Of a stretch of DNA of 64,000 bases, positions 9,826 to 19,300 are shown piece after piece; the first letter of the stretch is position 1; every line of letters begins with the position of its first letter. Origin of the DNA: Saprospiraceae bacterium (GTDB taxonomy: Bacteria > Bacteroidota > Bacteroidia > Chitinophagales > Saprospiraceae); NCBI GenBank assembly GCA_013214355.1, contig JABSSL010000029.1, positions 13,626 to 77,625 on the forward strand. Reading direction: 5' to 3'. The notes under the pieces were generated by a model, which saw nothing but the letters and a program-made list of their open reading frames with translations, did not search any database and was not told where the DNA came from. A program made the position numbers and the translations under genes.

Positions 9826-9842
9826 GATGCTAAACTAGCATC
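9826..9842. promoter_or_regulatory. Candidate LysR (T-N11-A) operator
   Basis: Dyad GATGCTA-aac-TAGCATC containing TGCTAAACTAGCA (T-N11-A), in the divergent LysR/peroxiredoxin intergenic region. Confidence 0.35.
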
Positions 9843-9898
9843 TACCTTTGTATCGACAAAACAAATCAAATGAAAAAGAACGATCTAAAATACAGATA

Positions 9899-10549
9899 AT
9901 GGATTTTCAAGAAAAACTGGAAAAAATCAAAAATAGGATTGAAGGTAATATGCCACCCTCCTACCTCAAGATCATGCATCAAGCTACCCATGACCTAGAA
10001 GCCTCAGGAATCCAAGACCAAGTGCTGAAGGTGGGGCAAAAGGCACCAGATTTTGCGTTGATTAATCAAAATGGAGACACGATAAGTAGCGAGCCCTTAC
10101 GCTCAGATAAAATGCTAGTCCTGACATTCTATCGAGGCGTTTGGTGTCCCTATTGTAATGCTGATTTGGCCAATCTCAAAAAGTACGTGCCTGAGATAGA
10201 GGAACTCGGAGCAACCTTGCTGGGCATCTCTCCCGAACAGCCTCAGTTTCTCAAGAAGATTATTGCCATGCAGAAACTCAATTTCGACATTCTACACGAT
10301 GATCGGAATAGTCTAGCTGCTCAATTCGGGCTAAAGTTCTATTACCCTAATGATCTAAAGGATCTGTACAAAGACAAATTCAATATTAACCTGGAAGTTC
10401 AACAGGGAAATGACGAATGGGCATTGCCGATGCCTGCCAGATTTATCATCGACCAACAGGGTATTATTCGCTATGCTGAAAGTAAACCCGACTATAGAAA
10501 TCGACCAAATCCTGATGAACTAATGGAGGTTCTCAAGGGCCTTAAGTAG
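9899..10549 (+). CDS. Peroxiredoxin-like (AhpC/TSA, thioredoxin-fold) protein
   Basis: FYRGVWCPYCN redox motif and AhpC/TSA-like length. The ATG at 9899 is preferred over the TTG at 9848. Confidence 0.75.
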   Translation: MDFQEKLEKIKNRIEGNMPPSYLKIMHQATHDLEASGIQDQVLKVGQKAPDFALINQNGDTISSEPLRSDKMLVLTFYRGVWCPYCNADLANLKKYVPEIEELGATLLGISPEQPQFLKKIIAMQKLNFDILHDDRNSLAAQFGLKFYYPNDLKDLYKDKFNINLEVQQGNDEWALPMPARFIIDQQGIIRYAESKPDYRNRPNPDELMEVLKGLK

Positions 10550-10576
10550 TGTAACCATAGCAGCAAAAAACTAAAC

Positions 10577-11161
10577 ATGAAGAAGATATTTATCATCAAC
10601 GGACATCAATATTATCCATTTGCAGAGGGAAAGCTCAATAGGAGCTTGGTAGAAAAGGCCATGGAAACATTTGAGGCAAAGGGGTATGAAGTCAAGACGA
10701 CTTCCATGCAAAATGAATACGACGCTGATCAAGAAATCGAGAAGCATCTCTGGGCTGATATCATTTTATTACAAACACCAGTTAATTGGATGGGCCTGCC
10801 CTGGAGTTTCAAAAAATATATGGATGAGGTATACACTGCAGGAATGTTTGGCAAACTCTGCCAAGGCGACGGCAGAAGTAAGGCAGCACCGAAGAAAAAT
10901 TACGGTGCAGGCGGTACTTTGACAGACACAAAATATATGCTGTCCTTAACCTTCAACGCTCCCAAGGAAGCTTTTGACGATGAAAACGAGTACTTATTTG
11001 CTGGAAGATCTGTAGATGACCTATTGTTCCCACAGCATATGAACTTCAAGTTCTTTGGTATGCAAGCCTTGCCAACCTTCGCCTGTTACGACGTCATGAA
11101 GAACCCAGAAATCACAGAAGATTTTAAACGATTCCAAGCCCATATTGATCAACATATTTAA
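10577..11161 (+). CDS. mdaB: Flavodoxin-like NAD(P)H:quinone oxidoreductase, MdaB-like
   Basis: Colinear with E. coli MdaB: IINGH.., [50 protein letters not shown], and [17 protein letters not shown]. Confidence 0.8.
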   Translation: MKKIFIINGHQYYPFAEGKLNRSLVEKAMETFEAKGYEVKTTSMQNEYDADQEIEKHLWADIILLQTPVNWMGLPWSFKKYMDEVYTAGMFGKLCQGDGRSKAAPKKNYGAGGTLTDTKYMLSLTFNAPKEAFDDENEYLFAGRSVDDLLFPQHMNFKFFGMQALPTFACYDVMKNPEITEDFKRFQAHIDQHI

Positions 11162-11170
11162 TCATAACCG

Positions 11171-12208
11171 ATGTTAACGAAAGTAAGATACTCCACCCGA
11201 GAGATGGTGCACTGGACGAGGTGGGAAACACTTGGGTTCTTTGTCTTTTCCGGAATAGTGGTGCTACTCTATGATACCTTCGGGCTGACTTTTCTAAATG
11301 TTCCTTGGACCCCTGTAGCCTTAATCGGTACTGCCGTTGCCTTTATGGTTGGGTTTCAAAATAATGCTGCTTATGGCCGTATTTGGGAGGCTCGTAAGAT
11401 ATGGGGAGGTATCGTAAATACCTCCCGCACCTGGGGTATGAAAACTAAGGACATGGTGACCAATGAGCATGCTCAACTACCCCTTCCAGAAGCTGAGCTA
11501 AAGGAAATCCGGAGAGTTCTGGTATATCGCCATATTGCTTGGCTCACCGCCCTCCGACACGCTATGCGGCAAACCAAAAAATGGGAGGCTTTCGAACATC
11601 ATCGCACCAATAGAGAATGGTCAAAGATCATTCATATCCCAGAAAAAATATTCAGCCTTGAAGATGACTTGTTTCATTATCTGGAAGCTGACGAATGGGA
11701 GTACATTTTAAGTAAGAAAAATAAGGCCGCTGCCACCCTATACTTACAGTCGAAGCATATTCGGGAGTTGAAAGAGAAGGGTTTGATCTGGGAATTTGCG
11801 TTTTTGGAACTTGAAAATATCTTGGAAGAACTTTTTACCCTCCAAGGAAAATCCGAACGTATCAAAAACTTTCCGTACCCTCGGCAATATGCTACACTAT
11901 CCCATCTTTTTGTCTGGATATTTTTGATTCTGTTTCCGTTTGGAATCGTTCCTGAGTTTGCCAAAATATCAAGTCATTTATCCGATAGCTTTTCTTGGAG
12001 TTGGTGTTTTACCTGGCTAGCCATTCCGTTCTGCACATTGGTATCTTGGGTATTCCATACCATGCAACGTATTGGTACGGTGGGAGAAAACCCTTTTGAA
12101 GGCTCAGCTAACGATGTCCCGATTTCTACTATCTCCAGAGGTATTGAAATTGATTTGCGGCAGCTGTTGGACGAGGATCATGCCTTGATCCCTAAGCAGT
12201 TACCGTAG
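11171..12208 (+). CDS. Bestrophin/YneE (UPF0187) family anion channel
   Basis: TM hairpins and the conserved NFPYPRQYA region of bacterial bestrophin homologues. Confidence 0.7.
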   Translation: MLTKVRYSTREMVHWTRWETLGFFVFSGIVVLLYDTFGLTFLNVPWTPVALIGTAVAFMVGFQNNAAYGRIWEARKIWGGIVNTSRTWGMKTKDMVTNEHAQLPLPEAELKEIRRVLVYRHIAWLTALRHAMRQTKKWEAFEHHRTNREWSKIIHIPEKIFSLEDDLFHYLEADEWEYILSKKNKAAATLYLQSKHIRELKEKGLIWEFAFLELENILEELFTLQGKSERIKNFPYPRQYATLSHLFVWIFLILFPFGIVPEFAKISSHLSDSFSWSWCFTWLAIPFCTLVSWVFHTMQRIGTVGENPFEGSANDVPISTISRGIEIDLRQLLDEDHALIPKQLP

Positions 12209-12268
12209 GAATACCATGTGCAAATGTAGATAAGGGCATGGCTGTTTTATGGGTGGCTCCTCTGAGCG

Positions 12269-12436
12269 TCACGCCAAGCTCATGCGGATTGTGGGTGGAG
12301 AACACCCGACAATGGGCAGGGAGGCGCACGCCGGGCTGTTGATGTTTGCAGGCCGGGTTCTTCATGGACACTTGGGAAAGTCACGCCAGGCTCATGTGGA
12401 TTGTGGGTGGAGAACACCCGACAATGGGCAGGGAGG
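12269..12436. repeat. REP-like repeat family, locus C (2 units separated by about 58 bp)
   Basis: Units at 12269-12322 and 12381-12436: TCACGCCARGCTCATGYGGATTGTGGGTGGAGAACACCCGACAATGGGCAGGGA. Confidence 0.75.
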
Positions 12437-12463
12437 GGCGCGCCGGGCCTTTTAGGGAAAGCC

Positions 12464-13627
12464 TTATTCCCCAAGCTTGCCTTCCAGAGCGGCATCCACC
12501 AGATTTTCGAATTGCACCAGCAGTTTCTCATAGCTGCCGACGGTCATCGTGGTATCTGAATACCCGTTAAAACTTTGTTGCTGTAGGATGGCCATTTCAT
12601 TATCCTCATTGATGGCATTCCAAAAGATATTGGCATTTAAGTCCCAATATTCCTTCGCCTTTTCGGTAGCTGGCTCAGAAGGGACCAACATGAAGGATTT
12701 AGATTGCGTTGTTTTTTCATCAATAGGGAAAGAACATACGACCATCAGATGATCTGGCTCAATCAAAACGATAGTACTCGGAAAGATGTGAAGTAGAATA
12801 TTTGCTCCTTTTCGGAGTTCCCATTCAGCGGGAGGCGCCTCTTCCATCTTTTTTAGCGCTCTTTTCGGAAAAATGATGCTACTATGGAGCCTATTTTCCG
12901 TATTCAAACTCAGGTTATCTAAAAAATAGGGGCCAATCGTTTTTGCATGGGCAATTTTAAAGTGGTACCCTTCCAGGCCACCATCCACGAGTAACTTCCA
13001 ATTACAGTCCAAGTTGCCGGTTGTGTAATGGTAGGGATGCAAGTCGCCAAAATCAAAACCTTCGGTGATAGCATACACTTCTTGTAGCCATTCATCGATA
13101 TCAAATTTGCCTTTCGATTTAGGGTCTGGCACGACGAAGATCATCCCTAGGCGCACCCAGCTATCCAACTCGATCAAACTGTGCGTGTCCGCATTTACCC
13201 CCTCAAATCCTTGGGGGTGAAAAACTCCTTTGAGGCAGCCAGCAGTGTCGTAAGACCAGGCATGGTACGGACAGACTATGTTTCTCTTCACATGTCCTTC
13301 TTCCTCTTCCAGTAAACGTACTCCACGATGGCGACACATATTCAAGAAGGCCCGAATCTCACCATCTTTACCTTTAATCACCATGATCGGAATACCCGTT
13401 AAGTCATGTAAGAAATAATCCCCAGCATTTTTCAGCTGCGCCGCGGCACCCAACACAATTGGGTACTTCTTAAAAATGATCTCCTTTTCCTTTGCTAAAC
13501 GTTCCTTGGAGGTATACCTATCGGCATCAATCTGATGGGTGATCCCATCTGCATCTTCCTTATTTTTTTGTTTTTCAAGTGCTGAAAAGACAGATCTAAT
13601 GGTTTCTATTTGCTGCTCTTTCTTCAT
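12464..13627 (-). CDS. Rieske [2Fe-2S] aromatic-ring-hydroxylating oxygenase, alpha subunit-like
   Basis: The Rieske motif CRHRG...CPYHAWSY is followed by a catalytic domain of typical length. Confidence 0.8.
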   Translation of the reverse strand: MKKEQQIETIRSVFSALEKQKNKEDADGITHQIDADRYTSKERLAKEKEIIFKKYPIVLGAAAQLKNAGDYFLHDLTGIPIMVIKGKDGEIRAFLNMCRHRGVRLLEEEEGHVKRNIVCPYHAWSYDTAGCLKGVFHPQGFEGVNADTHSLIELDSWVRLGMIFVVPDPKSKGKFDIDEWLQEVYAITEGFDFGDLHPYHYTTGNLDCNWKLLVDGGLEGYHFKIAHAKTIGPYFLDNLSLNTENRLHSSIIFPKRALKKMEEAPPAEWELRKGANILLHIFPSTIVLIEPDHLMVVCSFPIDEKTTQSKSFMLVPSEPATEKAKEYWDLNANIFWNAINEDNEMAILQQQSFNGYSDTTMTVGSYEKLLVQFENLVDAALEGKLGE

Positions 13628-13818
13628 GGCTTCCGATAAAATAATTGAGGAATTAAAAGCTTGGTCTCATACATTATTGGTAGCCGTAAAGCTAAGTGCA
13701 AACTCGCATTCTTCCCTTGATAAATATCAAGAAGTGCACAGATCTCATTCCAACTTGGCTAATGAGAAATCTATCAGATAGCTTGATCGGTGATAAAGCA
13801 TGGAGAAAGGCTAGAGAG

Positions 13819-13852
13819 GAAGCTGGTGCTCTATCAGCATAGCACCAGCTTC
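13819..13852 (-). terminator. Hairpin downstream of the PhyH gene (12-bp perfect stem)
   Basis: gaagctggtgct (13819-13830) pairs with agcaccagcttc (13841-13852), 7 nt past the stop codon. Confidence 0.5.
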
Positions 13853-13858
13853 TTTAAA

Positions 13859-14635
13859 CTATACTGCCAAGACTTCCTTAGCGGAAGGGCCTATTCGTTC
13901 TAAGGTTTCTGGAAGAATATATCGTTTCTGGTCAATTTGCTGTGACTGATCCCCTCGGCAGAAGTAGCTGTGGATGGCTCGTCTAGGAGAATCTGTGGTA
14001 TTATTAGTACCTCCATGCCAGGTATGAGAATTAAAGATAAAAACAGATCCTGCTGGGGCTTCGATAACTATTTCATCGGGGTGTGGCTGCATAGGATCAG
14101 CCATAACATCCTGTGGTAATTGAGAGCGCAAGTGAGTACCTGGCACTAAACGGGTCGCACCATTGGCCTTACTGAAATCATCTAGCAACCAAATGGAGTT
14201 ACAGACCTTATAATCACCAGGCTGTACCACCTCATGCCAATCCGCATGCATACGCTGCAATCCCATACCGGGTTTTGCGGCTCGATAATTTAGGGAAGAT
14301 AGTTTTAAATGCTGCCCTAGGACATGAGCAACCCCAGCCAGAACTCGGGGATGAGTGTAGAAGAGATCAAAAACGGGTCCCTTATTGACCAGGTCTGCCA
14401 GTCGATCTGATCCAGCTTCTTTCGGAAACCGAATATTTTTGGATTCCATCAATTCAGAACCTGCCTCTTCTCCTTCTACTTGCAGTAATTCATCGATTCT
14501 ACTTCGAATTTCTTCGATTTGCAAAGGAGATAATAATTGTCCTAAATTGAGATAACCGTTTTCGTCCAGAAATCTTTTCTCGTCTGGAGACAGGGTGTCT
14601 GCTTTGACACCTAATTGATGTAATAGATTTTGCAT
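13859..14635 (-). CDS. Phytanoyl-CoA dioxygenase (PhyH) family Fe(II)/2OG oxygenase
   Basis: 258 aa with a PhyH-like pattern (HADW...D, ...GSVFIFNSHTWHGGTNNT..PRRAI). Confidence 0.8.
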   Translation of the reverse strand: MQNLLHQLGVKADTLSPDEKRFLDENGYLNLGQLLSPLQIEEIRSRIDELLQVEGEEAGSELMESKNIRFPKEAGSDRLADLVNKGPVFDLFYTHPRVLAGVAHVLGQHLKLSSLNYRAAKPGMGLQRMHADWHEVVQPGDYKVCNSIWLLDDFSKANGATRLVPGTHLRSQLPQDVMADPMQPHPDEIVIEAPAGSVFIFNSHTWHGGTNNTTDSPRRAIHSYFCRGDQSQQIDQKRYILPETLERIGPSAKEVLAV

Positions 14636-14733
14636 GAGCTACTTGTTTAAAATTGTTGGTCAACAGCAATTCAGGTTGCTGCGTCGTTTCGTTATTGCTA
14701 TTCAAAAATAGCACAATTGTGTAGCAAATGCCA

Positions 14734-16098
14734 GAACTGATGTTGTACGAACTAAAGTTTTAATAGAAAGGAACGAAACTAAGTTCTGTCTTTTTTAAAA
14801 GTTCTTTGACATACTGTTAAACTTATAAAGTGTTTGTTTTCCAGATTAATGGCTGGCAATGCATCAATAAAGTTGTTGTTGTCATCATAAACGTGCCACA
14901 GGATCTGATCTGGGTCAAATTTGATGATTACGTACTGTTTTTTATGCTGTAAAGTCAGATAGTAGATTTGGTTGTATAGAATGAATTGCCCGGCTGCACT
15001 TACAAATCTTACGAAGGTAAATTGACTCAGTTTTTGATACACTCTATTGGTGTCGAATCGGACTGGACAATACACCTTTGTCTTCTGTAATAATTGAGGG
15101 AAAGTCTCGATTCGAGTTTTTCCCCCTAGCCTAGGCACTGGGTAGAGTTGCCGCTGAATCCTCCTAACTTGTTCCAGCCGTTGTTTTAATTGCTGCAGAT
15201 TTGCAGCTGTTTTAACCTCAGCCCAATTCCTAGTGGTTTGCTGCATGCGTTCCACTACTGCATTGTCGGTAGGACGCCTGGGACGATTAAAGATTACTTC
15301 GATTCCTAGACCTGTTAACCATAGGGCTAGCTGGGGGATGGATTTTCTTTGAGGATCTCCTATGGGCTTACCGTTATCAACTTTGATGCTTTTGGGTTGC
15401 CCCCATTGTTGAAAAACTTCAATCAAAGCTTGCTTGATGCAGGATTCGCTAACCTGACTTATCCGTTTGTGGGGGGAAAGCGGGACTATCAATAATAGCA
15501 CCTGACTTTACATCCACAATGGTAAGGTAACATGCTCTTGTATTATCTACCAAGATTAGTTTTTCTTTAGCATCAACTTGCCAACAGTCATGAGGCGCCT
15601 GAACAGGAATCAACTTTGGTTTAGCGGGAGTACTCTTTGGATGATTATATCCTTTTTTCCTGAACCAAAGCTGCATCGTTCTTGCACTAGGCAATACCAT
15701 AGTCGGATAGCGCTGCTGTAAAAGGGTTCTAATATACGGAGCACCCCATTTAGGATGACGCCGTTTTAACCACATGACACGTCTATAAATGGGATAAGCA
15801 GTCTTGACTTGCTTAGGTCCACAGTTAGAATAGTTAGGAGCTAGTCCCTTGATCCCTACTTGCTGGTAGCGTTTCCATAAATTACGTACCGTTGAATAGG
15901 ACAAGTTTTGTTCTTGAGAAATTTGCATCAACGATTTACCAGATTCTCTGTCCTTAACAATCAATTCTCGCAGATGCATAGATATAGCCTTACCCATAAC
16001 TACAATTTAACAGTATGTCAATGAACTAAAATTAACTAAAGTTCAAAACTTGACTTCGCATCAAGTCGCTAAAACTTTAGTTCGTGCAACATCAGTTC
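14734..16098 (-). mobile_element. Insertion sequence (about 1.37 kb) with rve-type DDE transposase
   Basis: Terminal inverted repeats gaactgatgttgTacgaactaaagtttta (14734-14762) and taaaactttagttcgtGcaacatcagttc (16070-16098) match at 28 of 29 positions. Both ends are flanked by CCA (14731-14733 and 16099-16101). Confidence 0.8.
14779..15997 (-). pseudogene. IS transposase split into two overlapping frames (HTH plus first catalytic Asp; DNG...E core)
   Basis: ORF 15449-15997 has an HTH and WQVDAKE. ORF 14779-15501 has IKVDNGKP...NAVVERM. The two frames join if one C is added to the C6 tract (G6 on the + strand, 15471-15476). Confidence 0.7.
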
Positions 16099-16111
16099 CC
16101 AGTCTAATCTT

Positions 16112-17146
16112 TTACAGAAAAGCATTTTGTACGCTGATAATCTCAGCCATTATACTCATCGCAATCTCCTTCGGCTTCTTGGCCTTAATGGACAATCCAA
16201 TGGGAGCCTTGATACGAGCAATCGTTTCTTCGTCAAAACCTGCTTCCTCTAAGCGCTTAACTCGCTTGGCATGCGTCTTGCGACTCCCCAAGGCTCCGAT
16301 GTAAGCCACCTCTGATGGTAGCAACAGATGCAGGGCGTTATCATCAATCTTAGGATCGTGTGATAGCACCACAGCGTAGGTATAGGCATCCAAAGTGAAG
16401 TTCGGAAGTACTTCGGCGGGATAGGCAGATAATATTTGATCTGGAGGATGTGTAAATTGTGTTTTTTCAGAAAACACGCCGCGGGGATCAATCACAATCG
16501 TCTCAAAGTCGTAGATAGAAGCCAGGCGAACTAGATCTGCCGTAATATGGGCAGCACCAATGATGAGCATTTGCGGTTTCCGTGGAAAAACCTGTGCAAA
16601 GTACTTGTCTTCTCCCTCTTCCACAATTTGATGCTTACGTTCTCGATAAGCGCGTTTCGCCTCTTCTTTCAAAGGGTTGCTAATTGCTTGTCCTGCTACG
16701 GTACCATCCGGTAAAACTACAGCATGAAACCCTTCTCCATCCACTAAGCGGCTTAATAAAATGCATGGCTCGTTTTGCTGTAAACAAGTGGATAATTGTT
16801 GCCAGGCAGCCTGTTCTGCTGGACGCGGATCAAAGGCCAAAAATCGTTCTGCAAATACTTGCATCTTCCCTCCACAACTCAATCCCACAGCCCATGCATC
16901 TTCGTCCGTGACTCCATAGGCCAACCTTTGACTTTTCCCTTCTTTGATGAGATCTACCGAAGTTTTAATTACTGCTCCTTCCACACATCCCCCACTTACT
17001 GATCCAGCCATTTCCATCTCTGAGGATACTAACATGGTAGAGCCAACGGGCCGAGGGGATGAGCCCCAGGTTTGAATTACGGTAGCAGTGGCAAATGCTT
17101 TACTATTATTTGTCCAATCCACTACAGTCGCCAACAATTCTTTCAT
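16112..17146 (-). CDS. XdhC/CoxI-family molybdoenzyme maturation factor
   Basis: N-terminal XdhC_CoxI signature (GSSPRPVGSTMLV...GSVSGGCVEGAV) and a C-terminal Rossmann-like domain (MLIIGAAHITADL). Confidence 0.8.
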   Translation of the reverse strand: MKELLATVVDWTNNSKAFATATVIQTWGSSPRPVGSTMLVSSEMEMAGSVSGGCVEGAVIKTSVDLIKEGKSQRLAYGVTDEDAWAVGLSCGGKMQVFAERFLAFDPRPAEQAAWQQLSTCLQQNEPCILLSRLVDGEGFHAVVLPDGTVAGQAISNPLKEEAKRAYRERKHQIVEEGEDKYFAQVFPRKPQMLIIGAAHITADLVRLASIYDFETIVIDPRGVFSEKTQFTHPPDQILSAYPAEVLPNFTLDAYTYAVVLSHDPKIDDNALHLLLPSEVAYIGALGSRKTHAKRVKRLEEAGFDEETIARIKAPIGLSIKAKKPKEIAMSIMAEIISVQNAFL

Positions 17147-17202
17147 TTTTCCGTTATTTTAGGAAATAATTTCTAATTTTAGCAAAGTTATTAATTCCGA
17201 GC

Positions 17203-17676
17203 ATGAGTACAAAAGTACAATCTTGTCATTGCAAAAAGCAAAAAGAGAAGGCAGGTTTAAATCGTAAAACAGCTACTTCTAGTCTTGGTTCAGCCTTGAT
17301 CGGAGTCCTGATTGTGCTTTTACCAAAATGTCACTTTTGTTTACTAGCTTATTCCAGCGCTATCACCTTATGTAGTGGTACTAAAATATACAATCATTCT
17401 CCTGCTTGGACGTCCTACATCTCCATCAGCCTTGCATTATTAACTCTCGCTTTAGTCCTAATCAATTACAAGGGACTTCGTACACTTTTCGCCGCTAGCT
17501 TAGTCATCATTGGGTGTCTATTGATTAGTTACAGTGAACTAAAGACCGGCGAAATAGCTTTTTATTATGGAGGGACCTTTGCTCTTTTATTTGGTGTTTG
17601 GGTAAACGGAAGCTTCTATCACTTTTTCCGTAAATTTACCGAGAAAAGGACCAAAATCACTCATACCAGTTTCTGA
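17203..17676 (+). CDS. Cys-rich 4-TM membrane protein (possible metal handling)
   Basis: N-terminal CHC and a membrane-embedded LPKCHFC motif. No family assigned. Confidence 0.5.
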   Translation: MSTKVQSCHCKKQKEKAGLNRKTATSSLGSALIGVLIVLLPKCHFCLLAYSSAITLCSGTKIYNHSPAWTSYISISLALLTLALVLINYKGLRTLFAASLVIIGCLLISYSELKTGEIAFYYGGTFALLFGVWVNGSFYHFFRKFTEKRTKITHTSF

Positions 17677-17699
17677 TAGAGTTAAACAAAGCGGGATCA

Positions 17700-17972
17700 A
17701 TGCAAACCATAAAATGTACTGGCGCCTTACGACGTTTTTTTCCTAATCTGAAAGATGAAGCAGTAAAGGGTTCTACGGTTGCAGAAGCCATTCAGCAATT
17801 TGAAAGCCATTATCCTGGCATCTCTGATTACCTCCTAGATGAACAAGGTGCGCTACGCAAACATGTCAATATATTTGTAGGAGGAGAACTTATCCAAGAT
17901 CGGGTTCATCTCCAGGATCCATTAAATGAAAGTAGCGAAATCCTTATCTTTCAAGCCCTTTCCGGCGGATAA
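17700..17972 (+). CDS. MoaD/ThiS-family ubiquitin-like sulfur-carrier protein
   Basis: 90 aa ending in ...ALSGG, the C-terminal Gly-Gly typical of MoaD/ThiS. Confidence 0.7.
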   Translation: MQTIKCTGALRRFFPNLKDEAVKGSTVAEAIQQFESHYPGISDYLLDEQGALRKHVNIFVGGELIQDRVHLQDPLNESSEILIFQALSGG

Positions 17973-18001
17973 ACTTTTATTATTTCGAATAACTTCAACG
18001 C

Positions 18002-19099
18002 ATGCCTTCAGCACAATTGCTACTTGTGGGGACAAGTAAGGGACTCATTGTTTTTGAAAAAAGAGAAGCCGCTTGGACCATTAAGGATGTCCACTTTGTT
18101 GGCATGCCGGTGGCCTTGATCTATGAAGATGAGCGAACGCAAACCTGGTGGGCTGGCATCGCGCATCGACACTGGGGGCAAAAGCTGCACTATAGCAAGG
18201 ATCAAGGGAAGTCGTGGCAAGCCGTTCCTACTCCCAAATACCCGAAAGACACTTTTGTCTATCCCAACCGGGCCGCCACGCTGAAGAAGATCTGGGTCAT
18301 GCAACATGCTGGGCCAGATAAACCTGGAGGCCTATGGCTGGGCACCGAACCCGGAGGACTCTTCTACAGTGATAACCATGGACAAAGTTTTGAGTTAGTT
18401 GAAGCACTGTGGAATCATCCGAGTAGGCAAGACCAGAACCAATGGTTCGGGGCGGGAAGAGATTTTCCCTTTATCCATAGCATTGTAGTTGATCCCAGAG
18501 ATAGCAAGCATGTCTATATAGCGGTTAGTTGTGCTGGGGTATTTGAGACCAAGGATGGTGGCGCTTCATGGGAGCCTAGAAATAAAGGCTTGATCGCCGC
18601 CTACTTGCCCAATCCAGCGGCCGAAGTCGGGCATGATCCTCACCGCATGTTGCTTTGCCCTGCCGAACCAGACGTCATCTGGCAGCAAAACCACTGCGGC
18701 ATCTTTCGTTCCACTGATGCCGGATTGTCTTGGGATAATGTCACAGATTCCAACGGCTTGGCCGATTATGGCTTTGCTTTGGCCGTTGATGAAGAAGATC
18801 CTAAGCGCGCCTGGGTCATTCCCGCCATAAGTGACGAGGTGAGGGTAGCTCAAGATCTAGCGCTCTGTGTCTGTGTCACCGAAGATGGTGGCCTGAACTG
18901 GCGGGCGCTCCGAGAAGGACTACCTCAAAACCACAGCTTTGATATTGTTTTTCGCCATTCTTTTTGCAATACAGGTAGGAGACTGGCCTTTGGCTCCACA
19001 ACTGGCAACCTTTTCCTATCTGAAAACAATGGTCACAGTTGGCAATGCCTTTCTCACAACTTACCAAGAATTGACAGTCTCATCTTCACACACTCCTAA
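18002..19099 (+). CDS. BNR/Asp-box repeat beta-propeller protein (sialidase-fold, non-secreted)
   Basis: Six SxDxGxxW/F boxes: SKDQGKSW, SDNHGQSF, TKDGGASW, STDAGLSW, TEDGGLNW, SENNGHSW. Confidence 0.75.
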   Translation: MPSAQLLLVGTSKGLIVFEKREAAWTIKDVHFVGMPVALIYEDERTQTWWAGIAHRHWGQKLHYSKDQGKSWQAVPTPKYPKDTFVYPNRAATLKKIWVMQHAGPDKPGGLWLGTEPGGLFYSDNHGQSFELVEALWNHPSRQDQNQWFGAGRDFPFIHSIVVDPRDSKHVYIAVSCAGVFETKDGGASWEPRNKGLIAAYLPNPAAEVGHDPHRMLLCPAEPDVIWQQNHCGIFRSTDAGLSWDNVTDSNGLADYGFALAVDEEDPKRAWVIPAISDEVRVAQDLALCVCVTEDGGLNWRALREGLPQNHSFDIVFRHSFCNTGRRLAFGSTTGNLFLSENNGHSWQCLSHNLPRIDSLIFTHS

Positions 19100-19300
19100 A
19101 TAAAGTCAGCTGGCCTCTTCCTATCCTACCTAATTACTCTTTTCTCTCTTGACATCCTACTTTGTCCCCACAAAGTCCATTCACCCAATCCTCCGTGTAA
19201 ACTCCTGCAAGTGTTCACAGATACCAAATTTTTCTCTTCTACTGTAAGCCATTAGGCAATTCTATGCTGTTAAAAAGGGTTTATTCCATTTTTATTCATT

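Noticed and set aside
15449-15501. Programmed -1 ribosomal frameshift (IS3-style) in the transposase overlap.
   Set aside because: The downstream ORF is in the +1 frame, not the -1 frame, and no A-AAA-AAG-type slippery heptamer is present. The break coincides with a C6 homopolymer, which fits an indel or slippage better.
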